NCBI GenBank assembly: GCA_964539745.1
Contig: CAZIJU010000001.1
Span: 47,845-111,844, forward strand
Origin: an uncultured Burkholderiaceae bacterium
GTDB lineage: Bacteria > Pseudomonadota > Gammaproteobacteria > Burkholderiales > Burkholderiaceae_F
Reading direction: 5' to 3'
Length of the DNA: 64,000 nucleotides
Shown here: positions 48,389-59,018 of the stretch, in pieces
Layout of the letters: the number at the start of each line of letters is the position of its first letter
How positions within the stretch are numbered: the first letter of the stretch is position 1
Position numbers and translations under genes: made by a program
Notes under the pieces: generated by a model
Databases searched by the model: none
What the model saw: only the letters and a program-made list of their open reading frames with translations
Told to the model about the DNA's origin: nothing

Positions 48389-49140
48389 TCGACCGCGCGC
48401 TGTTCGGCCGCCAACCCGGCCTCGCGCAGTTGCGTCGCGAAGCCTTCGTGCGCGGCGCGCGCGCGGTCGCGCCGGCGCTGCTCGCCACCGGCGTCTGGGG
48501 GCTCGTCACCGGTGTCGCGATGGTGAAGACGGGGCTGACCGAATGGCAGGCGCTCGGCATGACGCTCGCCGTGTTCGCCGGCACCGCGCAGATGGCCGCG
48601 CTGCCGCTGATCGCCGCCGATGCGCCGGTGTGGGTCGTGCTGATCACAGCGACGGTCGTCAACCTGCGCTTCGTGATCTTCTCCGCGACGCTGTGGCCGT
48701 ACCTGAGGCACCTTCCGCTCGCCAGGCGACTGGCGCTCGGCTACGTCACCGCCGACATCGCCGCCGCGGTGTTCGTCGCGCGTTATGCCGAAGCGCCGGA
48801 AGACGAACGCGGCAGCACCGAACAGGTGTGGTTCCTGCTCGGCGTCACGTCCTCGATCTGGCTCGCGTGGCAGGCGCTTTCGATCGCCGGCATCTTCATC
48901 GCTCGCGGCATCCCGGGCGCCTGGGGGCTGGACTTCGCGGCGATCCTCGCACTGCTCGGGCTGACGTTGCCGATGATCAACAGCCGGCCGGCGCTGGCCG
49001 GCGCCGCGGTCGCCGCCGTCATCGCAGTGGCCGCAGCGAACTTTCCGCTGAAGCTCGGGCTGGTCGCCGCGGTGATCACCGGCACCGCGGTCGCGATGGC
49101 CACCGAAATCGCCTTCGACCGCGCGCGGAGCACCGGATGA
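48385..49140 (+). CDS. azlC: AzlC-family branched-chain amino acid exporter subunit
   Basis: MIDRALFGRQPGLAQLRREAFVRGARAVAPALLATGVWGLVTGVAMV...AGTAQMAAL. ATGA overlap with the MFS stop. Confidence 0.8.
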   Translation: MIDRALFGRQPGLAQLRREAFVRGARAVAPALLATGVWGLVTGVAMVKTGLTEWQALGMTLAVFAGTAQMAALPLIAADAPVWVVLITATVVNLRFVIFSATLWPYLRHLPLARRLALGYVTADIAAAVFVARYAEAPEDERGSTEQVWFLLGVTSSIWLAWQALSIAGIFIARGIPGAWGLDFAAILALLGLTLPMINSRPALAGAAVAAVIAVAAANFPLKLGLVAAVITGTAVAMATEIAFDRARSTG

Positions 49141-49463
49141 GCGCGCTCGAGATCTGGGCGGCGATCCTCGGGCTCACGCTCGTGACGCTCGTCACGCGCA
49201 ACGTGTTCCTCGTGCTCGGCGAACTGCTGCCGATGCCGGAGCGGTTGCAGCACGGGCTGCGCTACGCGCCCGCGTGCGCGCTGGCGGCGCTGCTCGCGCC
49301 CGAACTGCTAGTGCAGCAGGGGGCGCTCGCGCCCACGCTCGCCAACCACAAGTTCGTCGCCGGCCTCGCGGCGATCGCGACGATGCTCGCCACGCGCAGC
49401 ATCGTCGCGACGATGGCGGTCGGCATGGCCGCGTTCACTGCTGCGCGCTACTTCCTCGTCTGA
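49137..49463 (+). CDS. azlD: AzlD-family protein
   Basis: MSALEIWAAILGLTLVTLVTRNVFLVLG... 108 aa, 4 TM segments, ATGA overlap with azlC. Confidence 0.78.
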   Translation: MSALEIWAAILGLTLVTLVTRNVFLVLGELLPMPERLQHGLRYAPACALAALLAPELLVQQGALAPTLANHKFVAGLAAIATMLATRSIVATMAVGMAAFTAARYFLV

Positions 49464-49485
49464 CGCGATCCGCAGCGCCGCCGCG

Positions 49486-50685
49486 ATGAACGCATCCGAC
49501 GCGCGAGCACGCATCCCCGCCGGCATCTGGGCGCTCGGCTTCGTCAGCCTGCTGATGGACGTCTCTTCGGAGATGATTCACAGCCTGCTGCCGGTGTTTA
49601 TGGTCACCGTGCTCGGCGCCAGCGCGCTGGCAGTGGGCTTCATCGAGGGCGCAGCCGAAGCGACCGCGCTGATCGTGAAGATCTTCTCCGGCGCGCTGTC
49701 GGACTACCTCGGCAGGCGCAAGTGGCTCGCGGTCGCCGGCTATGCGCTCGGCGCGCTGACGAAACCCGTGTTCGCGCTCGCGCCGAGCGTCGGTTGGGTG
49801 CTCGCCGCGCGCCTGGCCGACCGCATCGGCAAAGGCATTCGCGGCGCGCCGCGCGATGCGTTGGTCGCCGATCTGGCGCCGCCGGCGATCCGCGGCGCGG
49901 CTTTCGGGCTGCGGCAGTCGCTCGATACGGTCGGCGCCTTCGTCGGCCCCTTGCTCGCGGTCGCGCTGATGCTCGCGTGGGCGAACGACTTCCGCGCGGT
50001 GTTCTGGGTCGCAGTCATCCCGGGGCTCGCCGCGGTCGCGCTGCTCGTCTTCGGCGTGCGCGAACCGCAGCGGCACGCCGACGGCGCGCCGCGCGTCAAT
50101 CCGATCCGGATCGACAACCTGCGCCGGCTCGGCCGCGGTTACCGGTGGGTCGTCGCGCTTGGCGCGCTGTTTGCGCTCGCGCGCTTTTCCGAGGCGTTTC
50201 TCGTGCTGCGCGCGCAGCAGGGCGGGATGCCGGTCGCGTGGGTGCCGCTGGTGATGGTCGCGATGAACGTCGTGTATTCGCTGTCGGCGTATCCGTTCGG
50301 CCGGCTTTCGGATCGGGTCAGTCACGCGAAGCTGCTCGCGGCGGGGCTCGCGGTGCTGATCGCCGCCGACCTCGTGCTCGCGTACGGCAATCACTGGACG
50401 ATCGTGCTCGCCGGCGTGCTGCTGTGGGGACTGCACATGGGCATGACGCAGGGGCTGCTGGCGACGATGGTTGCGGACACCGCGCCGGAGGATTTACGCG
50501 GCACCGCGTTCGGCTTCTTCAACCTGGTCTGCGGCATCGCGATGCTCGCCGCGAGCGTGCTCGCCGGATTGCTGTGGGATGCGCTCGGCGCATCTTTCAC
50601 TTTCTACGCCGGCGCGGGGTTCTGCGTGCTGACGCTCGCCGCGCTGCCGCTGGCGCCGAAGGCGCAACCAAGGCGCGGCGACTGA
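49486..50685 (+). CDS. MFS transporter
   Basis: 399-aa ORF with 12 TM segments and MFS motifs (LSDYLGRRKWL, ADRIGKGIRGAPRDAL). Confidence 0.85.
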   Translation: MNASDARARIPAGIWALGFVSLLMDVSSEMIHSLLPVFMVTVLGASALAVGFIEGAAEATALIVKIFSGALSDYLGRRKWLAVAGYALGALTKPVFALAPSVGWVLAARLADRIGKGIRGAPRDALVADLAPPAIRGAAFGLRQSLDTVGAFVGPLLAVALMLAWANDFRAVFWVAVIPGLAAVALLVFGVREPQRHADGAPRVNPIRIDNLRRLGRGYRWVVALGALFALARFSEAFLVLRAQQGGMPVAWVPLVMVAMNVVYSLSAYPFGRLSDRVSHAKLLAAGLAVLIAADLVLAYGNHWTIVLAGVLLWGLHMGMTQGLLATMVADTAPEDLRGTAFGFFNLVCGIAMLAASVLAGLLWDALGASFTFYAGAGFCVLTLAALPLAPKAQPRRGD

Positions 50686-50698
50686 CCCGGCCATCGCC

Positions 50699-50772
50699 GG
50701 TTGGGGTGAGGCAGCGCCGGACCCTCAACGGGACGAAACGCGTTGGGGTTCGCTTCGCTCACCCCAACCTAC
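50699..50772. repeat. REP-like nested inverted repeat (GGTTGGGGTGAG ... CTCACCCCAACC)
   Basis: 12-bp outer stem 50699..50710 / 50758..50769. The inner unit GTTGGGGTTCGCTTCGCTCACCCCAAC belongs to the widespread 'GFASLTPTY-encoding' repeat type. It lies between the convergent MFS and glnE genes. Confidence 0.6.
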
Positions 50773-50820
50773 GTGCTACGTGCTCGCGACGACGCCGTCA
50801 CGCGACGCAGCGATGCGGCG

Positions 50821-53772
50821 TCAATCCGTGCCGAACACCGCCCGCCACAACGCGCGCACGGCATCGATCTGCGGCTGCACTTCGGCGTGCGGAACGCGCG
50901 CGAACGGCGCACCGTTGAGCCGCAGTCCGTGCTGCAGCTTGCGGTAGAGCCGGTACGCGTCGGCGCAGGCGGCGGCCAGCCGCGCGTCGATCAGCCCGAG
51001 TTCGCCGGCGATCGCCAGCAGCGCGATGTTGCCGAGGTTGCCGAGCAGCCGCGGGTACCGGTGCGAATGCGCGAGCACGAGAAACTGGACGACGAACTCG
51101 ATGTCGACCATGCCGCCGCGGTCGTGCTTGAGGTCGAACAGCGGCGAGCGGTTCGGGTGCCCCTCGAGCATGCGCTTGCGCATCTCGAGCACGTCGGCGG
51201 CGAGCTTCGCGAGATCGCGCTCGCGCGCGAGCACTTCGTTGCGCAGCCGCTCGAACGCCGCGCCGAGCGGCGCGAAGCCCGCGCAGTAGCGTGCGCGCGT
51301 CAGCGCCTGGTGCTCCCAGGTCCACGCGCCGAGCCCATCGTCGTTGCGCTGGTAGCGCTCGAAAGACTCGAACGCAGAGACGAGCAGCCCGGCTTCGCCG
51401 TGCGGCCGCAGCCGCAGGTCGATGTCGAACAGGTTGCCGCTGGAGGTCTGCGCCGACAGCCAGGTGATCAGCCGGCGCGCGAGCATCGTGTAGATCTCGC
51501 CGGCGTCGGCGTCGGCGTCGTCGTAGACGAACACGAGATCCAGATCCGAGGCGTACCCGAGTTCCTTGCCGCCGATCTTGCCGTAGCCGATCACCGCGAA
51601 GCGCGGCTGCTCGCGGTGCCGGCGCGGCATCGCCTTCCACGCCATCGCGAGCGCGAGCGCGATCGTCACGTCCGCCAGCGCGGACAGATGATCGGCGAGC
51701 CGCTCGACCGTCAGCCGGCCGTCGAGGTCCGCGAGCAGCAGCCGGAAAACCTGCGCGTGGTGCGCGTCGCGCAGCAGGTTCATCGCGCGCTCGGGATCGT
51801 CGCGCAGCTCGGCTTCGTGCTCGGCCAGATGCGCTGCCACCTCGGCGCCCCACAACGGCCACGAGTCGAGCGTCATCTCGCGCTCGGCGAGCCGCTCGTC
51901 GAGCAGCTCGTCGAGCAGGATCGGATGCCGCGCCAGGTAGTCGGTCGCCCAGCGACTCGATGCGAGTACGCGCAGCACGCGCGCGAACGCCTGCGGGTAC
52001 TGGTTCAGCAGCGCGACGTAGGTGCTGCGGCCGGCGATCACGTCGATCAACTGCAGGAAACGCGCGAGCACCTCGTCGGCGACCACGCCGGTCGCATGCG
52101 GCGCGCCCCCTGCGGCCACGCCGCGCGCAGCATCCGCCGCCGCGTCGACCGCGCGCGTCACGAGCCCGTCGATGGCGCGCCGCACCGACTCGCTCGCGGC
52201 GACCACGCGCCGCGCCGCCAGCGCGTCGGCGACGCGCTGCGCGGTTTCGGCCGGATCCGCGTATCCGAGCTGCGCCATGCGACGCACGAGCGGCTCGCCG
52301 AGCGCGAGCGCCTCCTTGCCGTCGTCGCGCTCGGCGCGTCCGTTTCCGGGCGCGAGGAAGATCGCGTCGAAGGCCTTCGCGACGAACTCGCGCGTCTCGT
52401 CGAAGCGGCTGCGCAGCGCTTCGGCCGAAGGCAGCCGCAGCATCGCCGCGACGCGCGCCAGCTCGGCCGGCTCGTCCGGCAGCAGATGCGTCTGCGCGTC
52501 GTCGACGTACTGCAGCGCGTGCTCGAGCCGGCGCAGGAAGTCGTACGCGGCGGCGAGCCGCTCGCAGATCGGCGCGGCGAGCGCGCCCAGTTGCGCCAGC
52601 GTCGCGAGCGTGGCAAGCGTGCTGCGGTTTCTGAGTCGCGCGTCGCGACCGCCGCGGATCACCTGGAAGGTCTGCGCGATGAACTCGATCTCGCGGATTC
52701 CGCCGCGGCCGAGCTTGACGTTGTCCTGCGCCTGCGCGCGCGCCGCGCGCTTGCGCGAGGTTTCGGCGCGGATCAGCGCATGAAGGTCGCGCAGCGAGGC
52801 GATCGCGTTGAAGTCGAGGTACTTGCGGTAGACGAAGGGACGGACGAGCTGGTCGAGCGCACGGCACTGCGCGTCGAACGCCGCGGCGTCGGCGAACACC
52901 GGCGCCGAGATCACACGGCCCTTGAGCCACGCGAAACGCTCCCATTCGCGCCCCTGCCGAACCAGGTACTCCTCGAGCATCGCGTTGGATACCGCCAGCG
53001 GTCCGGCGTCGCCGTTGGGCCGCAGCCGCATGTCGACGCGGAAGACGAAGCCGTCGCCGGTCACATCCGACAGCGCGGCGATCAGCCGGCGGCCGAGCCG
53101 CTCGAAGAACTCGTGGTTCGTCAGCGCGCGCCGCGCTTCGGCGAACTCGCCGCTCGGCCGCGTCTCGCCGTCCTCGTCGTAGACGAAAACCAGGTCGAGG
53201 TCGGACGAAACGTTCAGCTCGCCGCCGCCGCCCTTGCCCATCGCGACGACCAGCAGGTCCTGCGGCACGCCGTCGCGGCTCGTCGGCACGCCGTGAACGC
53301 GCGCCAGCGCGCGCGCATGCGCCGCGACCGCGCGCTGCACGGCCACTTCGGCGAGCGCGGTCATGGTTCCGACCACTTCAGCGAGCGACGCGGCGCCGCC
53401 CAGGTCGCGCGCGATCACCCCGAGCAGGACCTGACGGCGCAGACGGCGCAGCGCGACAGCAAGCTTGTCGGCGAAATCCTCACCGGCGGGTTCGGCACCG
53501 AGCCGCGCCAGCGATTCGTCGAGCACGGCTTCGATGCGCTCGCGTGGCCACGGTGCGGCGGCAAGTTCGCGCAGTCGCGCCACATTGGCCGCGTCGTCGG
53601 CGTGCGCGCCGAGCTCGGCCGCAAGCGCGCGCTGCACGTAGCGCGAAAGCGCCAGCGCGGCGGCGCAGCCGGCTTCGACGGATTCGTTCGTGGCGGGGAT
53701 CAAGACGGGCGGAACGGTCGTCGTGCTAGCCTCGGTCGGCGAAGCGCCCGCGCTGCGCGTTGATGCGCGCAT
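50821..53772 (-). CDS. glnE: bifunctional glutamine synthetase adenylyltransferase/adenylyl-removing enzyme
   Basis: ALSRYVQRALAAE... with two nucleotidyltransferase domains (GKGGGGELNVSSDLDLVFVY and GKIGGKELGYASDLDLVFVY). The start is uncertain (ATG 53772; the track ORF extends to 53952). Confidence 0.9.
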   Translation of the reverse strand: MRASTRSAGASPTEASTTTVPPVLIPATNESVEAGCAAALALSRYVQRALAAELGAHADDAANVARLRELAAAPWPRERIEAVLDESLARLGAEPAGEDFADKLAVALRRLRRQVLLGVIARDLGGAASLAEVVGTMTALAEVAVQRAVAAHARALARVHGVPTSRDGVPQDLLVVAMGKGGGGELNVSSDLDLVFVYDEDGETRPSGEFAEARRALTNHEFFERLGRRLIAALSDVTGDGFVFRVDMRLRPNGDAGPLAVSNAMLEEYLVRQGREWERFAWLKGRVISAPVFADAAAFDAQCRALDQLVRPFVYRKYLDFNAIASLRDLHALIRAETSRKRAARAQAQDNVKLGRGGIREIEFIAQTFQVIRGGRDARLRNRSTLATLATLAQLGALAAPICERLAAAYDFLRRLEHALQYVDDAQTHLLPDEPAELARVAAMLRLPSAEALRSRFDETREFVAKAFDAIFLAPGNGRAERDDGKEALALGEPLVRRMAQLGYADPAETAQRVADALAARRVVAASESVRRAIDGLVTRAVDAAADAARGVAAGGAPHATGVVADEVLARFLQLIDVIAGRSTYVALLNQYPQAFARVLRVLASSRWATDYLARHPILLDELLDERLAEREMTLDSWPLWGAEVAAHLAEHEAELRDDPERAMNLLRDAHHAQVFRLLLADLDGRLTVERLADHLSALADVTIALALAMAWKAMPRRHREQPRFAVIGYGKIGGKELGYASDLDLVFVYDDADADAGEIYTMLARRLITWLSAQTSSGNLFDIDLRLRPHGEAGLLVSAFESFERYQRNDDGLGAWTWEHQALTRARYCAGFAPLGAAFERLRNEVLARERDLAKLAADVLEMRKRMLEGHPNRSPLFDLKHDRGGMVDIEFVVQFLVLAHSHRYPRLLGNLGNIALLAIAGELGLIDARLAAACADAYRLYRKLQHGLRLNGAPFARVPHAEVQPQIDAVRALWRAVFGTD

Positions 53773-53914
53773 CGACGTGTCGCGACCGCAACGGCTCCCG
53801 GGCGATCGCGTTCGGGCCGGGGGCATTGTAAGTCGACGAACCGAGGCTACGGAACCGAACGCAACCCGCTCGCGCTTGACCCGGAGCTGCCCGCGCCCGT
53901 CGCCGTTTCCGCCC

Positions 53915-56900
53915 GTGAAACCCGGACACCCACACCGCTCCCAACCCGCCACCGCGACGCTCGTCGAGCTCGAGCACGCTGTCGAGGAGGCGGTCGGACA
54001 CGCGATCGACGCGACCGAACGAACGCTCGCCGATCGCTTCGGTGCCGGGTGCGTACGCGGGCTGCGGTGGACGCTGAAAGCGCTCGCCGTCGCCGCGCTC
54101 GTCGCCTACTTCGCGTTCGGTGCGGCGCTGCTCGCCACACGCTACTGGCTGATGCCGCACATCGACGCGTATCGGCCCGCGCTCGAGCGCGAGGCGAGCC
54201 GGCTGGTGGGCGCCGACGTCCGCATCGGCCGCATCGACACGCGCTGGCGGGCGTTCAATCCGCATCTGCGGCTCGACGACGTGCGGCTGCTCGACGCGAA
54301 CGGCGAAGTTCGGCTCGCGCTGCCGCAGCTCGAAGCGACCCTTTCGTGGGCGAGCGTGCCGACGCTCTCGCTGCGCTTCGCGTCGCTGTCGATCATCGCT
54401 CCGGCGCTCGATGTGCGGCGGCTGCCCGGCGGACGCTTCGCGGTCGCCGGGTTCACGCTCGACCCCGCGGGCGGCGGCGACGGCGGTGCGGCCGACTGGC
54501 TGCTTGCGCAGAAGCGCGTCGCGATCCGCCACGCCACGCTGCGCTACACCGACGAGACGCAACCGCCCGTGCAGCCGCTCGTGTTCGAAGACGTGAACCT
54601 CGTCCTCGAAGCGGGTCTCGCCTCGCACCGCTTCGCGCTGCAGGCGCGCCCGCCGGCCGATCTGGCGGGGCCGATCGACGTGCGCGCCCGCATCGACCAC
54701 GGCTGGGGCGAACGGCGGTCGGACCTGCGGCGCTGGACCGGACGCGTATTCGCGCAGATGGACTACGCCGACGTGGCGCGCATCGCGCGGCTGGCGCACG
54801 TGCCGGCGGAGACGGTCGCGATCGCGCGCGCGCACGGCGCGCTGCGCGCCTGGCTCGACTTCGACGCGCTCGCCGCAACGCGCTTCACCGCCGATGTCGC
54901 GCTCGCCGACGTCGACGCGCGGCTCGGCGCCGACCTCGAGCCGCTGCGCCTGTCCGCGGTGCGCGGCCGCTTCACGCAGCGGGTCTGGGGCAACGACTTT
55001 GAGGGCGGGCACGAGCTGGCGCTCGCGCGCTTTTCGATGCAGGCCGAACGGTTCGCGCTGCCGCCGACCGACATGCGGCTGCGCCTGACACGCGCAGCCG
55101 ACGACAGGCCGCAGCGTGGCGAACTCGACGCGAGCGTCGTTTCGCTCGATACGCTGAGTGCGCTGGCCACCCACGTTCCGCTGGCGCGCGATCTGCGCGC
55201 GTTCGCTGCGCGACACGCGATACGAGGGCGGCTCGCGGACCTGAAGCTCGCCTGGGAGGGCGAGCCCGCTGCGCCGAGGCGCTTTTCGCTGCGTTCGCGC
55301 TTCGACGGGCTCGGCTCGAGCGCGCAGCCGGCCGAACCGCCCTCCGCGCAGGCGGGTGCGGCCGCGACCGGACGGCCGCGCCCCGGCCTGCCGGGCTTCG
55401 AAAACCTGGCCGGCACGATCGAAGCGACCGAAGCTGGCGGAACGGTGCTGGTCGACGCCCGCGATGCGGTGCTTGAGTTTCCGGGCGTCTTCGAGCAGCC
55501 CCGCGTGCCGTTGCGCCAGTTCGCGGCGCGCGCATCCTGGACGATGCGCCCGCAGTTCGACCTGCGCATCGACAGCTTCGCCGCGTCCAACGACGACCTC
55601 GAACTGAATGCGAGCGGCTCGTACCGCAACGGCGGCAAGGGACCGGGCCTGGCCGATCTGAGCGGCCGCATCGTGCGCGCACAGGCGCGCGCCGTGCATA
55701 GGTACGTGCCGCTGGTGGCGGGCACCAACACGCGCGCGTGGCTGCGCCACGCGCTGGTCGCGGGCGAAGCGGTCGAGGGCAACTTCAGGCTGCGCGGTGA
55801 TCTGTGGGACTTTCCGTTCAACGACCCGAAGACCGGCGAATTCCGGGTGTCGGCGCGTGTGCGCGACGGCACGCTCGACTACATGCCCGCCGCGTTGGCC
55901 GGGCAGGCGCCCGGCGAAGGCGTGGACGCAACCGGCAAGCTCGTGCCGCAGGTTGCGCAGCGGTCGTGGCCGCGCATCGAAGGGATCGATGCCGAACTGA
56001 TGTTCGAGCGCCAGCGCATGTCGATCACCGGACGGCGCGGCGCGATTTACGGGGTGCAACTGGCCAACGTGAAGGCCAGCATCCCCGATCTCGGCGCACG
56101 CGACGCGCATCTTTTGATCGGCGGCGAGGCCAACGGACCGCTCGCCGACATGCTGCGCTACGTGAACGCGTCGCCGGTCGGTCACTGGCTCGGCGATTTC
56201 CTCGCCGACGCGCAAGCCAGCGGCATCGGCCGGCTCGCGCTGAAGCTCGACATCCCGCTCGACAACGCCCGAACCACCCAGGTCGCCGGCAGCGTCGCCT
56301 TCCAGAACAGCGACATCGCGCTCGGCGCCGACATCCCGCCGTTCGCGCGCGCCGCGGGGCGCGTCGAGTTCACCGAGCGCTCGCTGCGCGTTGTCAACGT
56401 CACCGCGAACTTCGTCGGCGGCCAGGTTCGGGTCGACGCAACGACCGCCGACGACGGCACGATCGCCATCACCGCCGCCGGCACGGCCACACCGCAGGGC
56501 GTCAAGCGCGTGGTCGAACACGCGCTCGTGCAACGGCTGCTGGACCGTGCGCAGGGGACGGCGCGTTACACCGGCACCGTGACCGTGCGCACGCGGCACA
56601 GCAGCGGCGACAAGCCGCGACTGCGCGCCGAGCCGCCCGCGCGGATCGCGCCCGAAATCCGCATCGACTCCGACCTGGTCGGCTGGTCGTTCGACCTGCC
56701 CGCGCCCGCGCGCAAGGCCGCGCAGGAGGCGCTGCCGCTGCGCTTCGAGCTGATTCCGGTCGGATCCGATCGCGACAGCCTGCGCGTGACCACTGGCGCG
56801 CTGCTGGCGCTGCGGCTGGAGCGCGCGCGCGCCGCAGGCGGCGCCACGCGCGTCGTGCGCGGCGCGATCGGCATCGGCGAAGCGGCCCCCGTGCCCGCGG

Positions 56901-58141
56901 CCGGTGTGCTGGCGAGTGTGAACCTCGCGCGGCTGGACGTCGATCGCTGGCTGCCGTTTTTCGAAGGCAGCACCGCACCGGGCAGCGCCGGCGCGGAACG
57001 CGCGGGCGACGGCGGCATTCCGGACCTGCTCGCCCTTCGCGTCGGAGAACTCGTGATCGCCGGCAAGCCGATCGCCAACGTCGTGCTCGGTGCGACGCGC
57101 GCGGCTGACGGCCGCTGGGATGCCAACGTCGTGTCGGACCACGCCAGCGGCGCGCTCACCTGGCGGCCGGGCGCGGGAGGGGCGCCGGGCCGCGTCAGCG
57201 CCCGGCTTGCGCGCCTGGCGATTCCGGACGCACAGCGCGGCGAAGTGACCGAACTGCTCGACTCGCCGCCAGTGGACATTCCCGCGCTGGACGTGGTGGT
57301 CGACAGTTTCGAGCTCGGCCGCCGCAAGTTCGGCCGGCTCGAACTCCTCGCGCAGAATGTCGCGACCGGCGGCGGCAACGCGTGGCGCATGGACAAGCTG
57401 GAGATCGTCAATCCGGACGGGCGTCTTTCGGCGACGGGCCGCTGGGAACGCGAGGCCGGCGCGCCGCCCTCCGCGCCGCGCCGCATGACGCTGGCGATGT
57501 CGCTCGAGTTCGGCAACGCCGGTGCGCTGCTCGCGCGGCTCGGCATCCCGGACGCCGTACGCAACGGCAGCGGCAAGCTCGAAGGCGAGCTGTCATGGCG
57601 CGGCTCTGCCCTGGCGATCGACTATCCCTCGCTGTCGGGGCGGCTGCAGCTCGCCACCGCGAAGGGGCAGTTCCTCAAGGCCGATACCGGCGCTGCGCGG
57701 CTGCTCGGCGTGATGTCGCTGCAGTCGCTGCCGCGGCGGATCGCGCTCGACTTCCGCGACGTGTTCTCAGAGGGGTTCGCTTTCGATCAGATCAGCGCGA
57801 ACGCCGAGCTGAAGGGCGGCAAATTGTTCACGCGCGACTTCAAGATGCGCGGCGTCGCGGCCACCGTTCTGATCGAAGGCAGCATCGACCTGTTGAACGA
57901 AACGCAAAACCTGCACGTGCTGGTGCTGCCGGAGATCGACGCCCGCTCGGCATCGCTCGTGTATGCTTTGATGGCCAACCCGGCGATCGGGCTGGGTACG
58001 TTCCTCGCGCAGATGCTGTTGCGCGATCCGCTGTCCAAGGCCTTTTCCTACGAGTACGACGTGTCCGGCTCGTGGACCGACCCACAGGTGAAGCGCCGCG
58101 AACGCGCGGCAGCCGACGCCGCAGACACCCGCAGGCAGTAA
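53915..58141 (+). CDS. YhdP-family (AsmA-like, DUF3971) envelope protein
   Basis: N-terminal TM LKALAVAALVAYFAFGAALLATRYWLMPHIDAYRP, about 1400 aa, C-terminal ...LRDPLSKAFSYEYDVSGSWTDPQV typical of YhdP. Conserved yhdP-...-tldD synteny. The GTG start at 53915 is inferred. Confidence 0.8.
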   Translation: MKPGHPHRSQPATATLVELEHAVEEAVGHAIDATERTLADRFGAGCVRGLRWTLKALAVAALVAYFAFGAALLATRYWLMPHIDAYRPALEREASRLVGADVRIGRIDTRWRAFNPHLRLDDVRLLDANGEVRLALPQLEATLSWASVPTLSLRFASLSIIAPALDVRRLPGGRFAVAGFTLDPAGGGDGGAADWLLAQKRVAIRHATLRYTDETQPPVQPLVFEDVNLVLEAGLASHRFALQARPPADLAGPIDVRARIDHGWGERRSDLRRWTGRVFAQMDYADVARIARLAHVPAETVAIARAHGALRAWLDFDALAATRFTADVALADVDARLGADLEPLRLSAVRGRFTQRVWGNDFEGGHELALARFSMQAERFALPPTDMRLRLTRAADDRPQRGELDASVVSLDTLSALATHVPLARDLRAFAARHAIRGRLADLKLAWEGEPAAPRRFSLRSRFDGLGSSAQPAEPPSAQAGAAATGRPRPGLPGFENLAGTIEATEAGGTVLVDARDAVLEFPGVFEQPRVPLRQFAARASWTMRPQFDLRIDSFAASNDDLELNASGSYRNGGKGPGLADLSGRIVRAQARAVHRYVPLVAGTNTRAWLRHALVAGEAVEGNFRLRGDLWDFPFNDPKTGEFRVSARVRDGTLDYMPAALAGQAPGEGVDATGKLVPQVAQRSWPRIEGIDAELMFERQRMSITGRRGAIYGVQLANVKASIPDLGARDAHLLIGGEANGPLADMLRYVNASPVGHWLGDFLADAQASGIGRLALKLDIPLDNARTTQVAGSVAFQNSDIALGADIPPFARAAGRVEFTERSLRVVNVTANFVGGQVRVDATTADDGTIAITAAGTATPQGVKRVVEHALVQRLLDRAQGTARYTGTVTVRTRHSSGDKPRLRAEPPARIAPEIRIDSDLVGWSFDLPAPARKAAQEALPLRFELIPVGSDRDSLRVTTGALLALRLERARAAGGATRVVRGAIGIGEAAPVPAAGVLASVNLARLDVDRWLPFFEGSTAPGSAGAERAGDGGIPDLLALRVGELVIAGKPIANVVLGATRAADGRWDANVVSDHASGALTWRPGAGGAPGRVSARLARLAIPDAQRGEVTELLDSPPVDIPALDVVVDSFELGRRKFGRLELLAQNVATGGGNAWRMDKLEIVNPDGRLSATGRWEREAGAPPSAPRRMTLAMSLEFGNAGALLARLGIPDAVRNGSGKLEGELSWRGSALAIDYPSLSGRLQLATAKGQFLKADTGAARLLGVMSLQSLPRRIALDFRDVFSEGFAFDQISANAELKGGKLFTRDFKMRGVAATVLIEGSIDLLNETQNLHVLVLPEIDARSASLVYALMANPAIGLGTFLAQMLLRDPLSKAFSYEYDVSGSWTDPQVKRRERAAADAADTRRQ

Positions 58142-58151
58142 CGGATCCAGC

Positions 58152-59015
58152 GTGAGTTCGGTGCTTTCTTCGATGTCCGTCGCAGCGCACGCGGTCCGCG
58201 TCGCCGCCGTGCAGATGGTGTCCACGCCGCGCGTCGACGACAACCTGCGCACGGCCGGGGCGCTGATCGCGCAGGCGGCCGCCGCAGGCGCGCGGATCGT
58301 CGCGCTGCCCGAGTACTTCTGCCTGATGGGCCACACCGACGAGGCCAAGGTCGCCGCTCGCGAAGCCGACGGCCGTGGACCGATCCAGGACTTCCTCTCG
58401 GCGCAGGCGCGACGGCATGCGATCTGGCTCGTCGGCGGTACCGTGCCGCTCGCCGCGCCGCAGCCCGACCGCGTGAAGAATTCGGTGCTCGTCTACGGAC
58501 CCGACGGCGCGCGGCTGGCGCGCTACGACAAGATCCATCTGTTCGCGTTCTCGCGCGGCGAGGAGCGCTACGACGAGGCGCGCACGATCGCGCCCGGCGA
58601 GCGCGTCGCGAGTTTCGAGTTCGCGGCGCCGGACGCACCGAAGCTCAAGGTCGGGCTTTCGGTCTGCTACGACCTGCGCTTCCCCGAGTTGTACCGCGCG
58701 CTTGCGGCCGACGGCACCGCGCCGGACCTGATCCTCGTGCCCGCGGCATTCACGGCGACGACCGGCCGCGCGCACTGGGAAACGCTGTTGCGAGCGCGTG
58801 CGATCGAAAACCTCTGTTACGTGCTGGCGCCGGCCCAAGGCGGCCGGCACGAAAACGGCCGCGCAACGTTCGGCCACACGATGCTGGTCGACCCCTGGGG
58901 CAGCGTGGTCGCATCGGTGGCGTCCGGCCCCGGGCTTGTGATCGGCGACGTCGACACCGAACTGATCGCGCAGGTGCGAGCCGATCTGCCGGCGCTCGCG
59001 CATCGCGTGCTTTGA
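58152..59015 (+). CDS. carbon-nitrogen hydrolase (nitrilase superfamily)
   Basis: 287-aa ORF: VRVAAVQMVS...ALPEYF...KIHLF...VGLSVCYDLRFPELYR (catalytic Cys)... Confidence 0.88.
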   Translation: MSSVLSSMSVAAHAVRVAAVQMVSTPRVDDNLRTAGALIAQAAAAGARIVALPEYFCLMGHTDEAKVAAREADGRGPIQDFLSAQARRHAIWLVGGTVPLAAPQPDRVKNSVLVYGPDGARLARYDKIHLFAFSRGEERYDEARTIAPGERVASFEFAAPDAPKLKVGLSVCYDLRFPELYRALAADGTAPDLILVPAAFTATTGRAHWETLLRARAIENLCYVLAPAQGGRHENGRATFGHTMLVDPWGSVVASVASGPGLVIGDVDTELIAQVRADLPALAHRVL

Positions 59016-59018
59016 CAT

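Noticed and set aside
50743-53763. 1006-aa plus-strand ORF (also 50798..52945-, 51960..52634+)
   Set aside because: It is antisense to or out of frame with glnE. The composition is Arg/Ala/Gly/Pro-rich and low-complexity, typical of non-coding frames in high-GC DNA. The glnE frame has clear family motifs.
53726-57142. 1138-aa minus-strand ORF opposite the YhdP-like gene
   Set aside because: Same high-GC antisense artefact: Arg-rich, no recognisable domains. The plus frame carries the YhdP N-terminal TM and C-terminal signature.
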